Assembly: GCA_041687695.1 (NCBI GenBank)
Contig: JAWLBL010000015.1
Coordinates: 67,627 to 131,626 of the forward strand
DNA length: 64,000 bases
Direction of reading: 5' to 3'
Origin: Myxococcota bacterium
GTDB taxonomy: Bacteria; Myxococcota_A; UBA9042; PHBI01; JAWLBL01
Position numbers and translations under genes: made by a program. Below the pieces are notes generated by a model. The model did no database searches, was not told where the DNA came from, and saw only the letters and a list, made by a program, of their open reading frames with translations. Positions 10,061 to 19,798 of the stretch are shown here, in pieces. Each line of letters begins with the position of its first letter. Positions within the stretch are counted from its first letter, which is position 1.

Positions 10061-11613
10061 CCCTGCCCTCGCCCCGCTGCCTCGCGCTCGCCGCCGTCTG
10101 TTGCGTCACGGCCACGCTCTCGGCCTCCCCCGACGCCAACGCCGCCGACCGCCGCTTCGCCCTGGTCGTCGGCCACAACCACTCGGACGACCCGACCCTC
10201 GACGCCCTGCGCTACGCCGACGACGACGCCCTGCGCTACCACGGCCTGCTCTCGCACGTCGCCGACCGGGTGCTGGTCCTGGCCCGCCCCGACGCCGAGA
10301 CCGCCCGCCTGCCGCTGCCCGCCCCCGACGGCCCGCCCACCCGCGCCGCCGTCCTGGCCGCCCTCGACACCCTGCGCGCCGAGATGGCCGCCGCCCGCGC
10401 CGCCGGCGACCGCCCGGTCCTGTACTTCGTCTACAGCGGCCACGGCCAGTACGACGCCGAGGGCCGCGGCTACGTCCACCTCGAAGAGGGCCGCTTCACG
10501 ACCCGCGATCTGTTCCACCACGTCCTCGGCCCCGCCCAGGGCGACCCGGTGGTGCTCATCGTCGACGCCTGCAACGCGGCCCTGCTGGTCGGCACCCGCG
10601 GCGGCGGCGAGCGGCGCCCGACCCGCCCCACCACCTTGTCGCTGACCCACCACCCCAACGTCGGCCTCATCCTGGCCAGCAGCACCGCCGGCGAGACCCA
10701 CGAGTGGGGCCGCTACCTGGCCGGCGTCTTCAGCCACGAGGTCCGCTCCGGCCTGGTCGGGCCGGCCGATCTGGACGACGACGGCCGCGTCACCTTCGCC
10801 GAGCTGGCCGCCTTCGTCGCCGCCGCCAACGCCCGCGTCGCCAACCCGACCGTGCGCATCGCGCCCACGATCCGCCCGCCGCTGAGCGACCCCGAGCTGG
10901 CCCTGGTCGACCTCTCGGCCGCCCGCTTCCCGCGCCGGGTCCGCGTCGACGCCCAGCTGGCCGGGCGCGCCCACGTCGTCGACGGCGAGCTGGTCCGCTA
11001 CGCCGACTTCCACAAGGCCGCGGGCGCCGCCTTCTGGCTGGCCCTGCCGGCCGGCCCGGGCTTCCGCCTGGTGCTGGGCGACGCCGAGCACGTCATCCCG
11101 GACGACGCGCGCGGGGACCTGACGCTGGCGGGCCTGCAGGCGCGGCCCAACACGGTGCTGTCGGCCCGCGGGGCGGGCTCCGAGTACTTCGAGCGCACCC
11201 TGTTCAGCGAGCCGCACGGCCGCGCCTTCGCGGTGGGCTACCTGCAGCGCGAGTGGCTGACCGGGCTCGAGCAGGTCGCCGCGCACCGGCGGCCCTGGCA
11301 CGAGAGCAGCTGGGGCTGGGTGGCCAGCGGGGCGGGCGTGGCGGCGCTGACCGCGGGCACCGTGTTCGCGCTGGGGGCGGCCGACTCGCTGGACGCGGCG
11401 AACCGGACGCCGTGGGCCGACGAGCGGGCGCGGCTGAACGACGCGGCGCGGCAGGACCGGGTGACCGCCGGGGTGCTGATGGGCCTGGGGACGGCGGCGC
11501 TGACGGCGGGGCTGGTGACCTTCTGGCTGGACCGGCCGGTCGAGGTCGAGCGCACGCCGGCGCCCTTCGAGGTCGAGGAGACGGCGGCGGGCGTGAGGGT
11601 GCATGCTCGTTAG
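10057..11613 (+). CDS. Caspase-family (peptidase C14) exported protease with C-terminal membrane helices
   Basis: Signal peptide, RRFALVVGHN, LRYADDDA, catalytic YSGHG and DAC motifs. ATGA overlap with the anti-sigma gene. Confidence 0.88.
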   Translation: MTLPSPRCLALAAVCCVTATLSASPDANAADRRFALVVGHNHSDDPTLDALRYADDDALRYHGLLSHVADRVLVLARPDAETARLPLPAPDGPPTRAAVLAALDTLRAEMAAARAAGDRPVLYFVYSGHGQYDAEGRGYVHLEEGRFTTRDLFHHVLGPAQGDPVVLIVDACNAALLVGTRGGGERRPTRPTTLSLTHHPNVGLILASSTAGETHEWGRYLAGVFSHEVRSGLVGPADLDDDGRVTFAELAAFVAAANARVANPTVRIAPTIRPPLSDPELALVDLSAARFPRRVRVDAQLAGRAHVVDGELVRYADFHKAAGAAFWLALPAGPGFRLVLGDAEHVIPDDARGDLTLAGLQARPNTVLSARGAGSEYFERTLFSEPHGRAFAVGYLQREWLTGLEQVAAHRRPWHESSWGWVASGAGVAALTAGTVFALGAADSLDAANRTPWADERARLNDAARQDRVTAGVLMGLGTAALTAGLVTFWLDRPVEVERTPAPFEVEETAAGVRVHAR

Positions 11614-12067
11614 GGGGCTCCTGGCACCGGTGGCGCTGGCGCTGGCGCTGATGGCGGGGGCGTGCGAGCCGCTGCCGCCGATCGAGGGGGCGTGGTGCAA
11701 CACGCAGCGGCCCTGCCCGGACGGGTACGCCTGCCGCGCCGGCGAGTGCCGCAAGCTGGTGGGCCACGTCATCCTGGGCTGCCGAGAGGACGCCGAGTGC
11801 GCGCCCGGGGCCTGCCACGTCGAGGCCGGGCTGTGTGTGCAGTGCATGAAGGACGACGACTGCCTGACCGGGTCGTGCCTGCCGGGGCTGCACCTGTGCG
11901 GCTGCACCGAGCACGCGCACTGCAGGCGGACCGGGCGGTGTGATCTGCAGGCGTCGAGCTGCGTGTCGTGCTTTTCGGACGCGCAGTGCCCGAGCGGGCA
12001 GTGCAACGAGGCGGCGGGCGTGTGCGTGCCCGAGAAAATAGATCGACGAAGCGACGGCGGGTCGTGA
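11603..12067 (+). CDS. Small Cys-rich lipoprotein
   Basis: Lipobox-like AGAC, repeated CxxDxxC modules. Confidence 0.75.
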   Translation: MLVRGLLAPVALALALMAGACEPLPPIEGAWCNTQRPCPDGYACRAGECRKLVGHVILGCREDAECAPGACHVEAGLCVQCMKDDDCLTGSCLPGLHLCGCTEHAHCRRTGRCDLQASSCVSCFSDAQCPSGQCNEAAGVCVPEKIDRRSDGGS

Positions 12068-12122
12068 AAGGACCCCCGTCACAGACGAGGACGATGGCGC
12101 GCGGGAGCGCGGGGAGGGAGCG

Positions 12123-15100
12123 ATGAAGAGCCTGAGGTGGGGAGCCCTGGTGTTCGGGGCGCTCGGGGCGTTGGCCCTGGGCGGGTGTCTGGTGCCGGAC
12201 GTGCCCGAGCAGGGCGGGTCGGACGCGGGCGTGGACGCCAAGGCGGACACGGCCAAGCCGTGCGAGGGCGACGCCTGCGGCGGGACGCAGGTCGGCTGCG
12301 AGACGGACGCGGACTGCGGCAAGGGCGGGGTGTGCCACCCCGAGCTGAAGGCCTGCGTCAACTGCATCGACGACGGGGACTGCGCCGAGGGCGTGTGCCA
12401 TCCCAAGGCGCTGGTGTGCGTGCAGTGCGTCGACGACTCCGACTGCGGCAGCGGCGGGGTCTGTCACCCCGACAAGAACCAGTGCGTGCCGTGTCTGCAG
12501 CCCAAGGACTGCCCGGGCGGGCAGTGCGACCCGGCGGTGGGCTGCATCGGCTGCGGGTCGGACGCCGAGTGCGACGACGGCAACCCCTGCACCAAGGACG
12601 CCTGCGACGTCGCGACCGCGCAGTGCGCGCACGAGGTGCTGCCGGACGGCGCGTCGTGCGACGACGGCGACGCCTGCACGGTCAAGGACGTGTGCGCCGC
12701 GGGCGCCTGCGTCGGCGGGGCCAAGGACCCCGAGTGCACCTGCAAAGACATCGTCTGCCCGGCCATCTACGTGCCCATCGACAGCGACAACGACGGCTGC
12801 GACGACCAGTGCGTCTGCCCCGACGGGCAGCTCCCGGGCCCCGACGGCGGCTGCGGCGGCCCGGTCGCCTGCGTCACGCACGACGACTGCGAGGACGGCG
12901 ACCCCTGCACCGAGAACCTGTGCAAGGCCGGCGTGTGCGTCGCGGAGAAGGACCCGAGCTGCGGCACGGTCTGCGCCGACGGCCAGGTCTGTGACGACGG
13001 CAACCCCTGCACGGTCGGCAAGTGCGACCCGGCGACCGGCGCCTGCCACTTCGCGCCGCTGGCCGACGGGGCCAGCTGCGAGGACGGCGACAAGTGCACC
13101 GTGGGCGACTTCTGCCAGGCCGGTCAGTGCCAGGCGGGCAAGGAGGACGTCGGCTGCGGCTGCAAGGACCTGGTCTGCCTGGCCATCTACGTGCCCATCG
13201 ACACCGACGGCGACGGCTGCCCCGACACCTGCGCCTGCCCGGACGGGACCGAGCCCGGCCCCAACGGCGGCTGCGGCACGGTGTGCAACTTCGTCGGCTG
13301 CGCGCCCAACATGATCCCGGTCGACAAGGACGGCGACGGCTGCCCCGACGGCTGCACCCAGAGCTGCAAGAAGATGTGCGACCCCAACGCGTGCCCGCCG
13401 TGGGCGGTGCAGGCCGACACCGACGGCGACGGGTGCTACGACACCTGCAAGGCGTGCCCGGACGGGATGATCGGCAGCGACTGGGACGGCGACGGCTGCG
13501 TCGAGAGCTGCGTGAAGTGCGAGCTGCTGCCGTGCCCCGCGGGCAGCAAGCCGGTGGATCTCAACGGCGACGGGTGCCCCGACCAGTGCAGCTGCGGTGA
13601 CGTGGCCTGCGGCTGCGACGCGGCCTGCCCGGCCGGCAGCAAGCCCTACGACGGCGACTTCGACGGCTGCCCCGACAAGTGCAAGTGCCCCGACGGCCAG
13701 GTGGTCCCGCCGGGCGGGTCGTGCGGGTGCCCGTACGAGATCCTGTGCCCCATCGGCACCAAGCCGGTCGACCAGGACGGCGACGGCTGCGCCGACGCCT
13801 GCGTGTGCGCCGACGGGGCGTCGGCCGACGCGAACGGGCAGTGCTGTAAACCCCTCGAGTGCCCGGCCGGGACCTATCCCTTCGACGTGGACGGCGACGG
13901 CTGCCGCGACCTGTGCCTGTGCAAGGACGGCAGCAAGCCGGCGGCGGACGGGACCTGCGGCTGCAAGCCCATCGTCTGCAAGGACGGCCTCGCCGGCTTC
14001 GACAAGGACGGCGACGGGTGCGCCGACACCTGCGTGCCGGCCTGCGGCGACGCGTGCGACTGCTACGACATGGGGCTGAGCTTCCCCAGCGAGTGCCTGC
14101 TCAAGTGCGGCGGCTGCGGCAATTTCTGGACCTGCCAGCAGGGCGCCTGCGTGGCCAACTGCGGCTTCGTGCCGCCCGAGGTCGGGATGTGCGAGGTGTG
14201 CGCCGACCCGCCGAAGTGCCCGCTGGGCCAGCAAGCCGTCGACACCGACAAGGACGGCTGCCCCGACACCTGCCAGTGCGTGCTGGGCGGGCCGACCGAC
14301 CCGAACGGCGTGTGCGCCTGCCCGTACGTCATCGACTGCATGCCGGGGACCTGGCCCAAGGATCTGGACGGCGACGGCTGCCCCGACGTGTGCCTGTGCG
14401 AGGACGGGACCAAGCCGGACCCGAACACGGGCAGCTGCTGCGAGCCGGTCTACTGCCCGGCGGGCGCCAGCGCCGGCGACAGCGACGGGGACGGCTGCAT
14501 GGACACCTGCACCTGCTGGGACGGCACCGAGGCCGGCCCGAACGTGGTGTGCCCGTGCTCCATCGCCATCAAGTGCCCGGCCGGCACGCAGGCGGTCGAC
14601 ACCGACGATGACGGCTGCGCCGACAGCTGCCTGTGCGCCAACGGGCAAAAGCCCGACGCCAGCGGCCAGTGCTGCGCGGCCTTCGAGTGCCTGGTCGGCA
14701 CGCCCTACGACAGCGACGGCGACGGCTGCCCGGACGCCTGCGGGTGCCTGGACGGCTCGACGCCCAGCAGCGCCGGCTGCCCCTGCTACGACCTCATCTG
14801 CCCCGAGGGCAGCAAGGGCGACGACCAGGACGGCGACGGGTGCTTCGACGCCTGCGTCTGCCCCGACGGCGCCTCGCCGGTGGGCGGCGCCTGCTGCAAG
14901 CCCATCTACTGCCCCAAGGGCGCGACCGCCAAGGACACCGACAAGGACGGCTGCCCCGACACCTGCGTCTGCTGGAACGGCAGCAAGCCGAACGCGGACG
15001 GCCTGTGCTGCCAGGCGCTGCAGTGCCCGGTGGGCAGCTACGCGGCCGACACCGACAAGGACGGCTGCCCCGACACCTGCCTGTGCAAGGACGGCAGCAA

Positions 15101-16181
15101 GCCCAGCTGGGACGGGTCGTGCGGCTGCACCATCTCGTCGTGCCCGCCGGGCGCCTCGCCCAAGGACTACGACGGCGACGGCTGCGCGGACATCTGCCTG
15201 TGCCCCGACGGCTCCAAGGCGGGCCCGGAAGGCTGCGTCACCACCTGCGAGCCCATCACCTGCGACGAGCCGCTGCCGCCCTACCTGGTGATGGTCGACG
15301 ACAACGGCGACGGCTGCTACGACTACAAGGAGGCCTGTCCGATGGGCACCCAGGGCGCCGACACCTCGGGCGACGGGTGCAGCGACACCTGCGTGTCGTG
15401 CTCGACGGCCATCAAGTGCGCCGTCGGCACCTGGCCGGCCGACACCGACGGCGACAACTGCCCGGACGCCTGCCTCTGCAAGGACGGCTCGCTGCCCGAG
15501 GGCGGCAGCTGCTGCGCCGCCTTCGCCTGCCTGGCGGGCGACCCGGTGGACACCGACGGCGACGGCTGCCCCGACGCCTGCCTGTGCCCCGACGGCACCA
15601 AGCCGGGCCCCAACGGCTGCTCGACCTGCAACTTCAAGTGCGAGCCGGGCTCGATGCCGTCCTACGCGGTCCTGCTCGACACCGACGGGGACGGCTGCTA
15701 CGACGCCAAGGGCGGCTGCAAGCTGGGCACCTACGGCGCCGACACCACCGGTGACGGCTGCCACGACACCTGCGAGGTCTGCCCGACCGCCATCAAGTGC
15801 CCGGCCGGCACCCTGCCGACCGACACCGACGGCGACAACTGCCCCGACAGCTGCCAGTGCCAGCCCGGCTCGGACGCGACGCAGTGCTGCGACGCCTTCA
15901 CCTGCCTCATCGGCGACCCGGTGGACACCGACGGCGACGGCTGCCCCGACGCCTGCCCCTCGGCCTGCAAGTCCAACCTCGAGTGCGGCAAGGGCACCTT
16001 CTGCAACAAGAAGCCGGGCACCTGCACCGACTACGGCGTGTGCGATCCGATGCCCGTCGGCTGCCCCGACGTCTGGGACCCGGTCTGTGCCTGCAACGGC
16101 CAGACCTACTCCAACGCCTGCGACGCCGCCGCCGCCGGCACCCCCATCGCCTACTTCGGCCCCTGCAAGGCCACCAAGTAG
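12123..16181 (+). CDS. Giant Cys/Asp-rich repeat lipoprotein with C-terminal Kazal protease-inhibitor domain
   Basis: Lipobox LGGC, CxxDxDC and CDDGNPCT repeats, about 27 DxDxDGC modules (manual count), and the Kazal motif CPDVWDPVCACNGQTYSNAC...YFGPC. Confidence 0.88.
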   Translation: MKSLRWGALVFGALGALALGGCLVPDVPEQGGSDAGVDAKADTAKPCEGDACGGTQVGCETDADCGKGGVCHPELKACVNCIDDGDCAEGVCHPKALVCVQCVDDSDCGSGGVCHPDKNQCVPCLQPKDCPGGQCDPAVGCIGCGSDAECDDGNPCTKDACDVATAQCAHEVLPDGASCDDGDACTVKDVCAAGACVGGAKDPECTCKDIVCPAIYVPIDSDNDGCDDQCVCPDGQLPGPDGGCGGPVACVTHDDCEDGDPCTENLCKAGVCVAEKDPSCGTVCADGQVCDDGNPCTVGKCDPATGACHFAPLADGASCEDGDKCTVGDFCQAGQCQAGKEDVGCGCKDLVCLAIYVPIDTDGDGCPDTCACPDGTEPGPNGGCGTVCNFVGCAPNMIPVDKDGDGCPDGCTQSCKKMCDPNACPPWAVQADTDGDGCYDTCKACPDGMIGSDWDGDGCVESCVKCELLPCPAGSKPVDLNGDGCPDQCSCGDVACGCDAACPAGSKPYDGDFDGCPDKCKCPDGQVVPPGGSCGCPYEILCPIGTKPVDQDGDGCADACVCADGASADANGQCCKPLECPAGTYPFDVDGDGCRDLCLCKDGSKPAADGTCGCKPIVCKDGLAGFDKDGDGCADTCVPACGDACDCYDMGLSFPSECLLKCGGCGNFWTCQQGACVANCGFVPPEVGMCEVCADPPKCPLGQQAVDTDKDGCPDTCQCVLGGPTDPNGVCACPYVIDCMPGTWPKDLDGDGCPDVCLCEDGTKPDPNTGSCCEPVYCPAGASAGDSDGDGCMDTCTCWDGTEAGPNVVCPCSIAIKCPAGTQAVDTDDDGCADSCLCANGQKPDASGQCCAAFECLVGTPYDSDGDGCPDACGCLDGSTPSSAGCPCYDLICPEGSKGDDQDGDGCFDACVCPDGASPVGGACCKPIYCPKGATAKDTDKDGCPDTCVCWNGSKPNADGLCCQALQCPVGSYAADTDKDGCPDTCLCKDGSKPSWDGSCGCTISSCPPGASPKDYDGDGCADICLCPDGSKAGPEGCVTTCEPITCDEPLPPYLVMVDDNGDGCYDYKEACPMGTQGADTSGDGCSDTCVSCSTAIKCAVGTWPADTDGDNCPDACLCKDGSLPEGGSCCAAFACLAGDPVDTDGDGCPDACLCPDGTKPGPNGCSTCNFKCEPGSMPSYAVLLDTDGDGCYDAKGGCKLGTYGADTTGDGCHDTCEVCPTAIKCPAGTLPTDTDGDNCPDSCQCQPGSDATQCCDAFTCLIGDPVDTDGDGCPDACPSACKSNLECGKGTFCNKKPGTCTDYGVCDPMPVGCPDVWDPVCACNGQTYSNACDAAAAGTPIAYFGPCKATK

Positions 16182-16206
16182 CGCCCCCCTGACGGCCTGA
16201 GACACC

Positions 16207-16250
16207 AACGCCGCCCCGGGCCCCCGCGCCCCGGGCGGCGTTCGTGTTTC
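16207..16250 (+). terminator. Probable intrinsic terminator hairpin
   Basis: AACGCCGCCCCGGG...CCCGGGCGGCGTT imperfect stem followed by CGTGTTT, between convergent genes. Confidence 0.45.
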
Positions 16251-16313
16251 ACCGCCAGGTCAGCTCCCGCTCCGAACACCCACGGAGTCGAACGTGCCGA
16301 TGCCGAATCGGTA

Positions 16314-18458
16314 CTACGGACAGCCTGATGACGAAGTCCGAGGTGCCAAGGAATCAACGAGCCACGACCACGTTCCAGGCACGTCCAGGAGAAAGCGTCC
16401 GACGACCTCGCGTTGCACCCAATCCGGCATCAGCGGTTGGAACTTGCTCAGTCGATAGGCGGGAAGCTCCTCGGCAACCTCGCTCCTGAAACTCGCATCC
16501 TCCCATAGCCCTGCGTCCGCCAAGCGCGCCAAGAGTGGAGCCAGGGTGCGTTCGTCGGCGTCGTTCCCGCGGATCTTGATCACGAAGTTGTCGCACACGA
16601 CGCGCCACTCGGCCCCTAGCCCTCGCAGGGCGTGACGCAGGGTGCTGTTGATGCGTCCACCTGCGAACGTCCACCAACGAACCTCGCCGTCGCCGAACTC
16701 GAAGTCGCTCGCGTTCTCGGGCGAAAGGACGTGAGCCATGGCTGACCGTTGGGCGTTCAACACGTCTGAGGCTGAGTGTTGCAGGTAGGCGTAATCTCGT
16801 CGCCCAACCAGCACGTCCCGAATCGTCCGACACAGGGTCCGTCCCAGGAACTGCGGTAGGAAGCCTCCCCAGGTCGGCTGTCGACCCGCAGGTGCCGGTT
16901 CGACCACCACTCGTCTCTCGTCATGCCTCACCTGAGCGAGGAGCCAAGCGCGTCCCCCCAGGAGGAAGCAGCTCACATCCTCGACAAGACCGTCGACGAA
17001 ATCCTGGGAAAGCGTCCCGAGCGGCTGACCGGCCCTGGTCGCAACCGAGTAGGTCGCCGGGCTCGAGAACACGGCGTAGAGCGACATGAAGTTGCGCCGT
17101 CCAAACCGCTTCTCGGCTTTGGGACCCAGGACCAGACGACCGCTGCTGAGGCTCATGGCGCCATCGCCGAGCATCCAGTCCAGGAGGCGGTCGAACTCGC
17201 CACGTGAGATCCCTCGAAAGTCCGGTATCGAACTGAGCAGTCGCCATGCCTCCTCGACGGGCACCCCGCTGTCGGCCAACGATATCGCCAGCAGCTGGTG
17301 GATGAGAACAGGCCAACATCGATCATTCAGCTCGACGTCTTCGACCCATCCCGACTTGGCCAGTTCCACCAGCGCGACCGCCTGCAGAACACCGTCGGTG
17401 GACTCGCACAGAAACGAAGTGTTCGCAGCCTGGCCGGCGCGCCGGCCCGTTCGTCCCATGCGCTGCAAGAACGAGCCGACGGTATCGGGAGCCTCGATCT
17501 GAAGGACGCGATCCAGGTCTCCGACGTCGATCCCCAGCTCCAGCGTGGACGTGCACACGATACAGGCGTCACTACCGTGATGGAATCTCTCCTCAGCGAG
17601 CTGTCGCTCCTCTCGAGACACCGCGCTGTGGTGAACGAACACCGTCGTGCCCGCTCGACGCATTCGCTCGGCCACGGCCTCTGTCGTGGCTCGCGACTGG
17701 CAGAAGAGCAGGCTCTTGCCCGATTTGGCCAGGCGCGCCGCATCCCGCGCGAGATCCGACAGATCCGAGCGGTGTGCGACCAGGATCTGTCGTCGCCCTG
17801 GAGCTTTCGGAGGATCTACGACCACACCGACTCGCCGCGAAGTTCCCGTCAACCATCCGAGGATGGCCGCCGGATTACCCACCGTCGCGCTCAAGCCGAC
17901 ACGCTGCACATCGTGGCTGGACAGCCGCGCCAACCGCTCGACGACACTCATGAGGTGAGCGCCGCGGTCGGTGCCAGCGACGGCATGGACTTCATCAACG
18001 ACGACCACGCGCAGGTCCGCGAAGAGCGATCGCGCATCCACCCGCTCCGAGATCAGCATGACCTCGAGGGACTCGGGTGTCGTCATCAACAGATCGGACG
18101 GCTCCGCCAGGAACCGGTTCCGCTCGTTGGCCGGAGTGTCTCCGTGCCAGACGAACCGCCTCAGCCCCACCATCTCCGTATATAGCCCCAGCCGATCGGA
18201 CTGGTTGTTCAGCAGCGCTTTGATGGGAGCGATGTAGATGGCCCCGATCCCGGCTGGCGGATTGGACGCCAGCATAGATAGAGTTGGGAACATCGCCGCC
18301 TCAGTCTTACCCCCGGCCGTCGGTGCCAGAACGACCGCGTTCGCCCCGTCCAGTAGCGCCGCGCCCGCTTCATCTTGCACTGGGCGCAGACTCGTCCAAC
18401 CCAGTCGCGCGACGATCGCCTCCTGCAGCCGCGGTGTGAACCGGGAGAAGACGCTCAC
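16314..18458 (-). CDS. brxHI: BREX Lhr-like DEAD/DEAH helicase
   Basis: APTAGGKT, TTPESL, DEVH, SAT, HHS, TSTLELGID, QRMGRTGRR. Last gene after brxD, with a GTGA overlap. Confidence 0.9.
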   Translation of the reverse strand: MSVFSRFTPRLQEAIVARLGWTSLRPVQDEAGAALLDGANAVVLAPTAGGKTEAAMFPTLSMLASNPPAGIGAIYIAPIKALLNNQSDRLGLYTEMVGLRRFVWHGDTPANERNRFLAEPSDLLMTTPESLEVMLISERVDARSLFADLRVVVVDEVHAVAGTDRGAHLMSVVERLARLSSHDVQRVGLSATVGNPAAILGWLTGTSRRVGVVVDPPKAPGRRQILVAHRSDLSDLARDAARLAKSGKSLLFCQSRATTEAVAERMRRAGTTVFVHHSAVSREERQLAEERFHHGSDACIVCTSTLELGIDVGDLDRVLQIEAPDTVGSFLQRMGRTGRRAGQAANTSFLCESTDGVLQAVALVELAKSGWVEDVELNDRCWPVLIHQLLAISLADSGVPVEEAWRLLSSIPDFRGISRGEFDRLLDWMLGDGAMSLSSGRLVLGPKAEKRFGRRNFMSLYAVFSSPATYSVATRAGQPLGTLSQDFVDGLVEDVSCFLLGGRAWLLAQVRHDERRVVVEPAPAGRQPTWGGFLPQFLGRTLCRTIRDVLVGRRDYAYLQHSASDVLNAQRSAMAHVLSPENASDFEFGDGEVRWWTFAGGRINSTLRHALRGLGAEWRVVCDNFVIKIRGNDADERTLAPLLARLADAGLWEDASFRSEVAEELPAYRLSKFQPLMPDWVQREVVGRFLLDVPGTWSWLVDSLAPRTSSSGCP

Positions 18459-19798
18459 CACACGTCCTCACGCGGCACCAGCTCATCTTCCTCCGAATCC
18501 TCAGACGATTGTTGACGACGAGGTCCCGAGCCGGGAAGCGCCAACTCCTCTTCGGGTTTCAGCTCCGAAGGTGTGAAGCCGTAGCCCTTCATCGGGTCGT
18601 ACTCGGGCTCGTCTTGCACCAGGTCCATCACCGTGACTAGCGCGCGCAAGAACTGGCGCGGGACGACACCTACATCGCGCTTGAAGCCCGCTGTGACTTC
18701 TTGGACCAGCCGCTTGATGAACTCACGCGTGACACGCGACTCGAGGCGACCCTCGACGTTTCCGGGATGCAGCTCGAGCAAACGCAGCGCCACGCTCTCG
18801 AGCCGCTCGGCGTCGAAGGGCTTGAGCACCAACTGTGGTTGTCGAACGCTCGCAAACCCTGCCTGCTCCATGAAGCCGATGCGCTCGTGCAGCGGAGCCA
18901 GACCCGCGACGCCCTGTCGTGAGTCGAAGAAGTCGGGAGTTCCGGTGAAGACCCAAAGAAGCCCCGGGTAGGAACCGGCGGCATCGGCGATCTGTCGGAT
19001 ACCATTGAGCGACTTGTGCCGTGAGTCTTTGCGCATCCGCAAGATCGTCTCGGCCTCGTCGATGACTACTACCAGGCCTCGGTATCCAGCCGCCTTGACG
19101 ATCTCCAGCACGCCTCGAAGGTAGTCCAGAGCGTCTCGGCTCTCGATGTCACCCTTGACGCCTGCGACTCGCTTTGCGACGGCGCTCACATTCCCACTGC
19201 CGCACAGCCACGAGATCAATGCACCGGCCTCGGCGACGTCTCCCCGCTGCTTGAGATCGAAGATCGCCTGCACGACGCGCACGAAGTCCTGCGGCGCCTG
19301 CCCAGCCGTCATGGCCGCGAGGTCTTCATCAAGCGCGCGGCGCACCTTCTCGTCGAAGTCGCTGGCCTCCTCGTCCGCGCCAGCAGCGATGAGTCGCTCC
19401 TCCACCTTGCCTATCCAGCGGTCGAGGACGTCTCCCAGCGCTCCACGTCCGCATGAGGCCGTTCCAAGCTCGGTCATTACCTTTCGGTACACATCGTCGA
19501 ACCGGTGGAAGCGCAGGTCGTTGTCGCTCACCACGACGAAGCTGGTTGCGAAGCCCCGCGCCTGCGCGTCGAGGACCGCCAATCGCGCCATGAAGGTCTT
19601 TCCGCATCCGTATCCACCGCGCAGGAACTTCACCGTCCCCTCGCCCTGAGCCGCCAGATCCAGCTGCCTGCCGATCTCGCCACGCTGCTTGTCGACACCA
19701 ATCGCGAAGGTGTCGATCCCTCGCTCGGGCACCAGGCCCTTGCGAAGCGATTCGAACACGTGCTCCTTGTCTCGCGCGCTCATGACCTGGCCCATCAC
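18455..19798 (-). CDS. brxD: BREX ATP-binding protein BrxD
   Basis: SLRKGLVP, Walker A GGYGCGKT, Walker B VVIDEAE. Lies between pglZ and the helicase. Confidence 0.9.
   Translation of the reverse strand: MMGQVMSARDKEHVFESLRKGLVPERGIDTFAIGVDKQRGEIGRQLDLAAQGEGTVKFLRGGYGCGKTFMARLAVLDAQARGFATSFVVVSDNDLRFHRFDDVYRKVMTELGTASCGRGALGDVLDRWIGKVEERLIAAGADEEASDFDEKVRRALDEDLAAMTAGQAPQDFVRVVQAIFDLKQRGDVAEAGALISWLCGSGNVSAVAKRVAGVKGDIESRDALDYLRGVLEIVKAAGYRGLVVVIDEAETILRMRKDSRHKSLNGIRQIADAAGSYPGLLWVFTGTPDFFDSRQGVAGLAPLHERIGFMEQAGFASVRQPQLVLKPFDAERLESVALRLLELHPGNVEGRLESRVTREFIKRLVQEVTAGFKRDVGVVPRQFLRALVTVMDLVQDEPEYDPMKGYGFTPSELKPEEELALPGSGPRRQQSSEDSEEDELVPREDVW

Noticed and set aside
11769..16208. 1479-aa minus-strand ORF
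   Set aside because: Antisense shadow of the Cys-rich lipoprotein.
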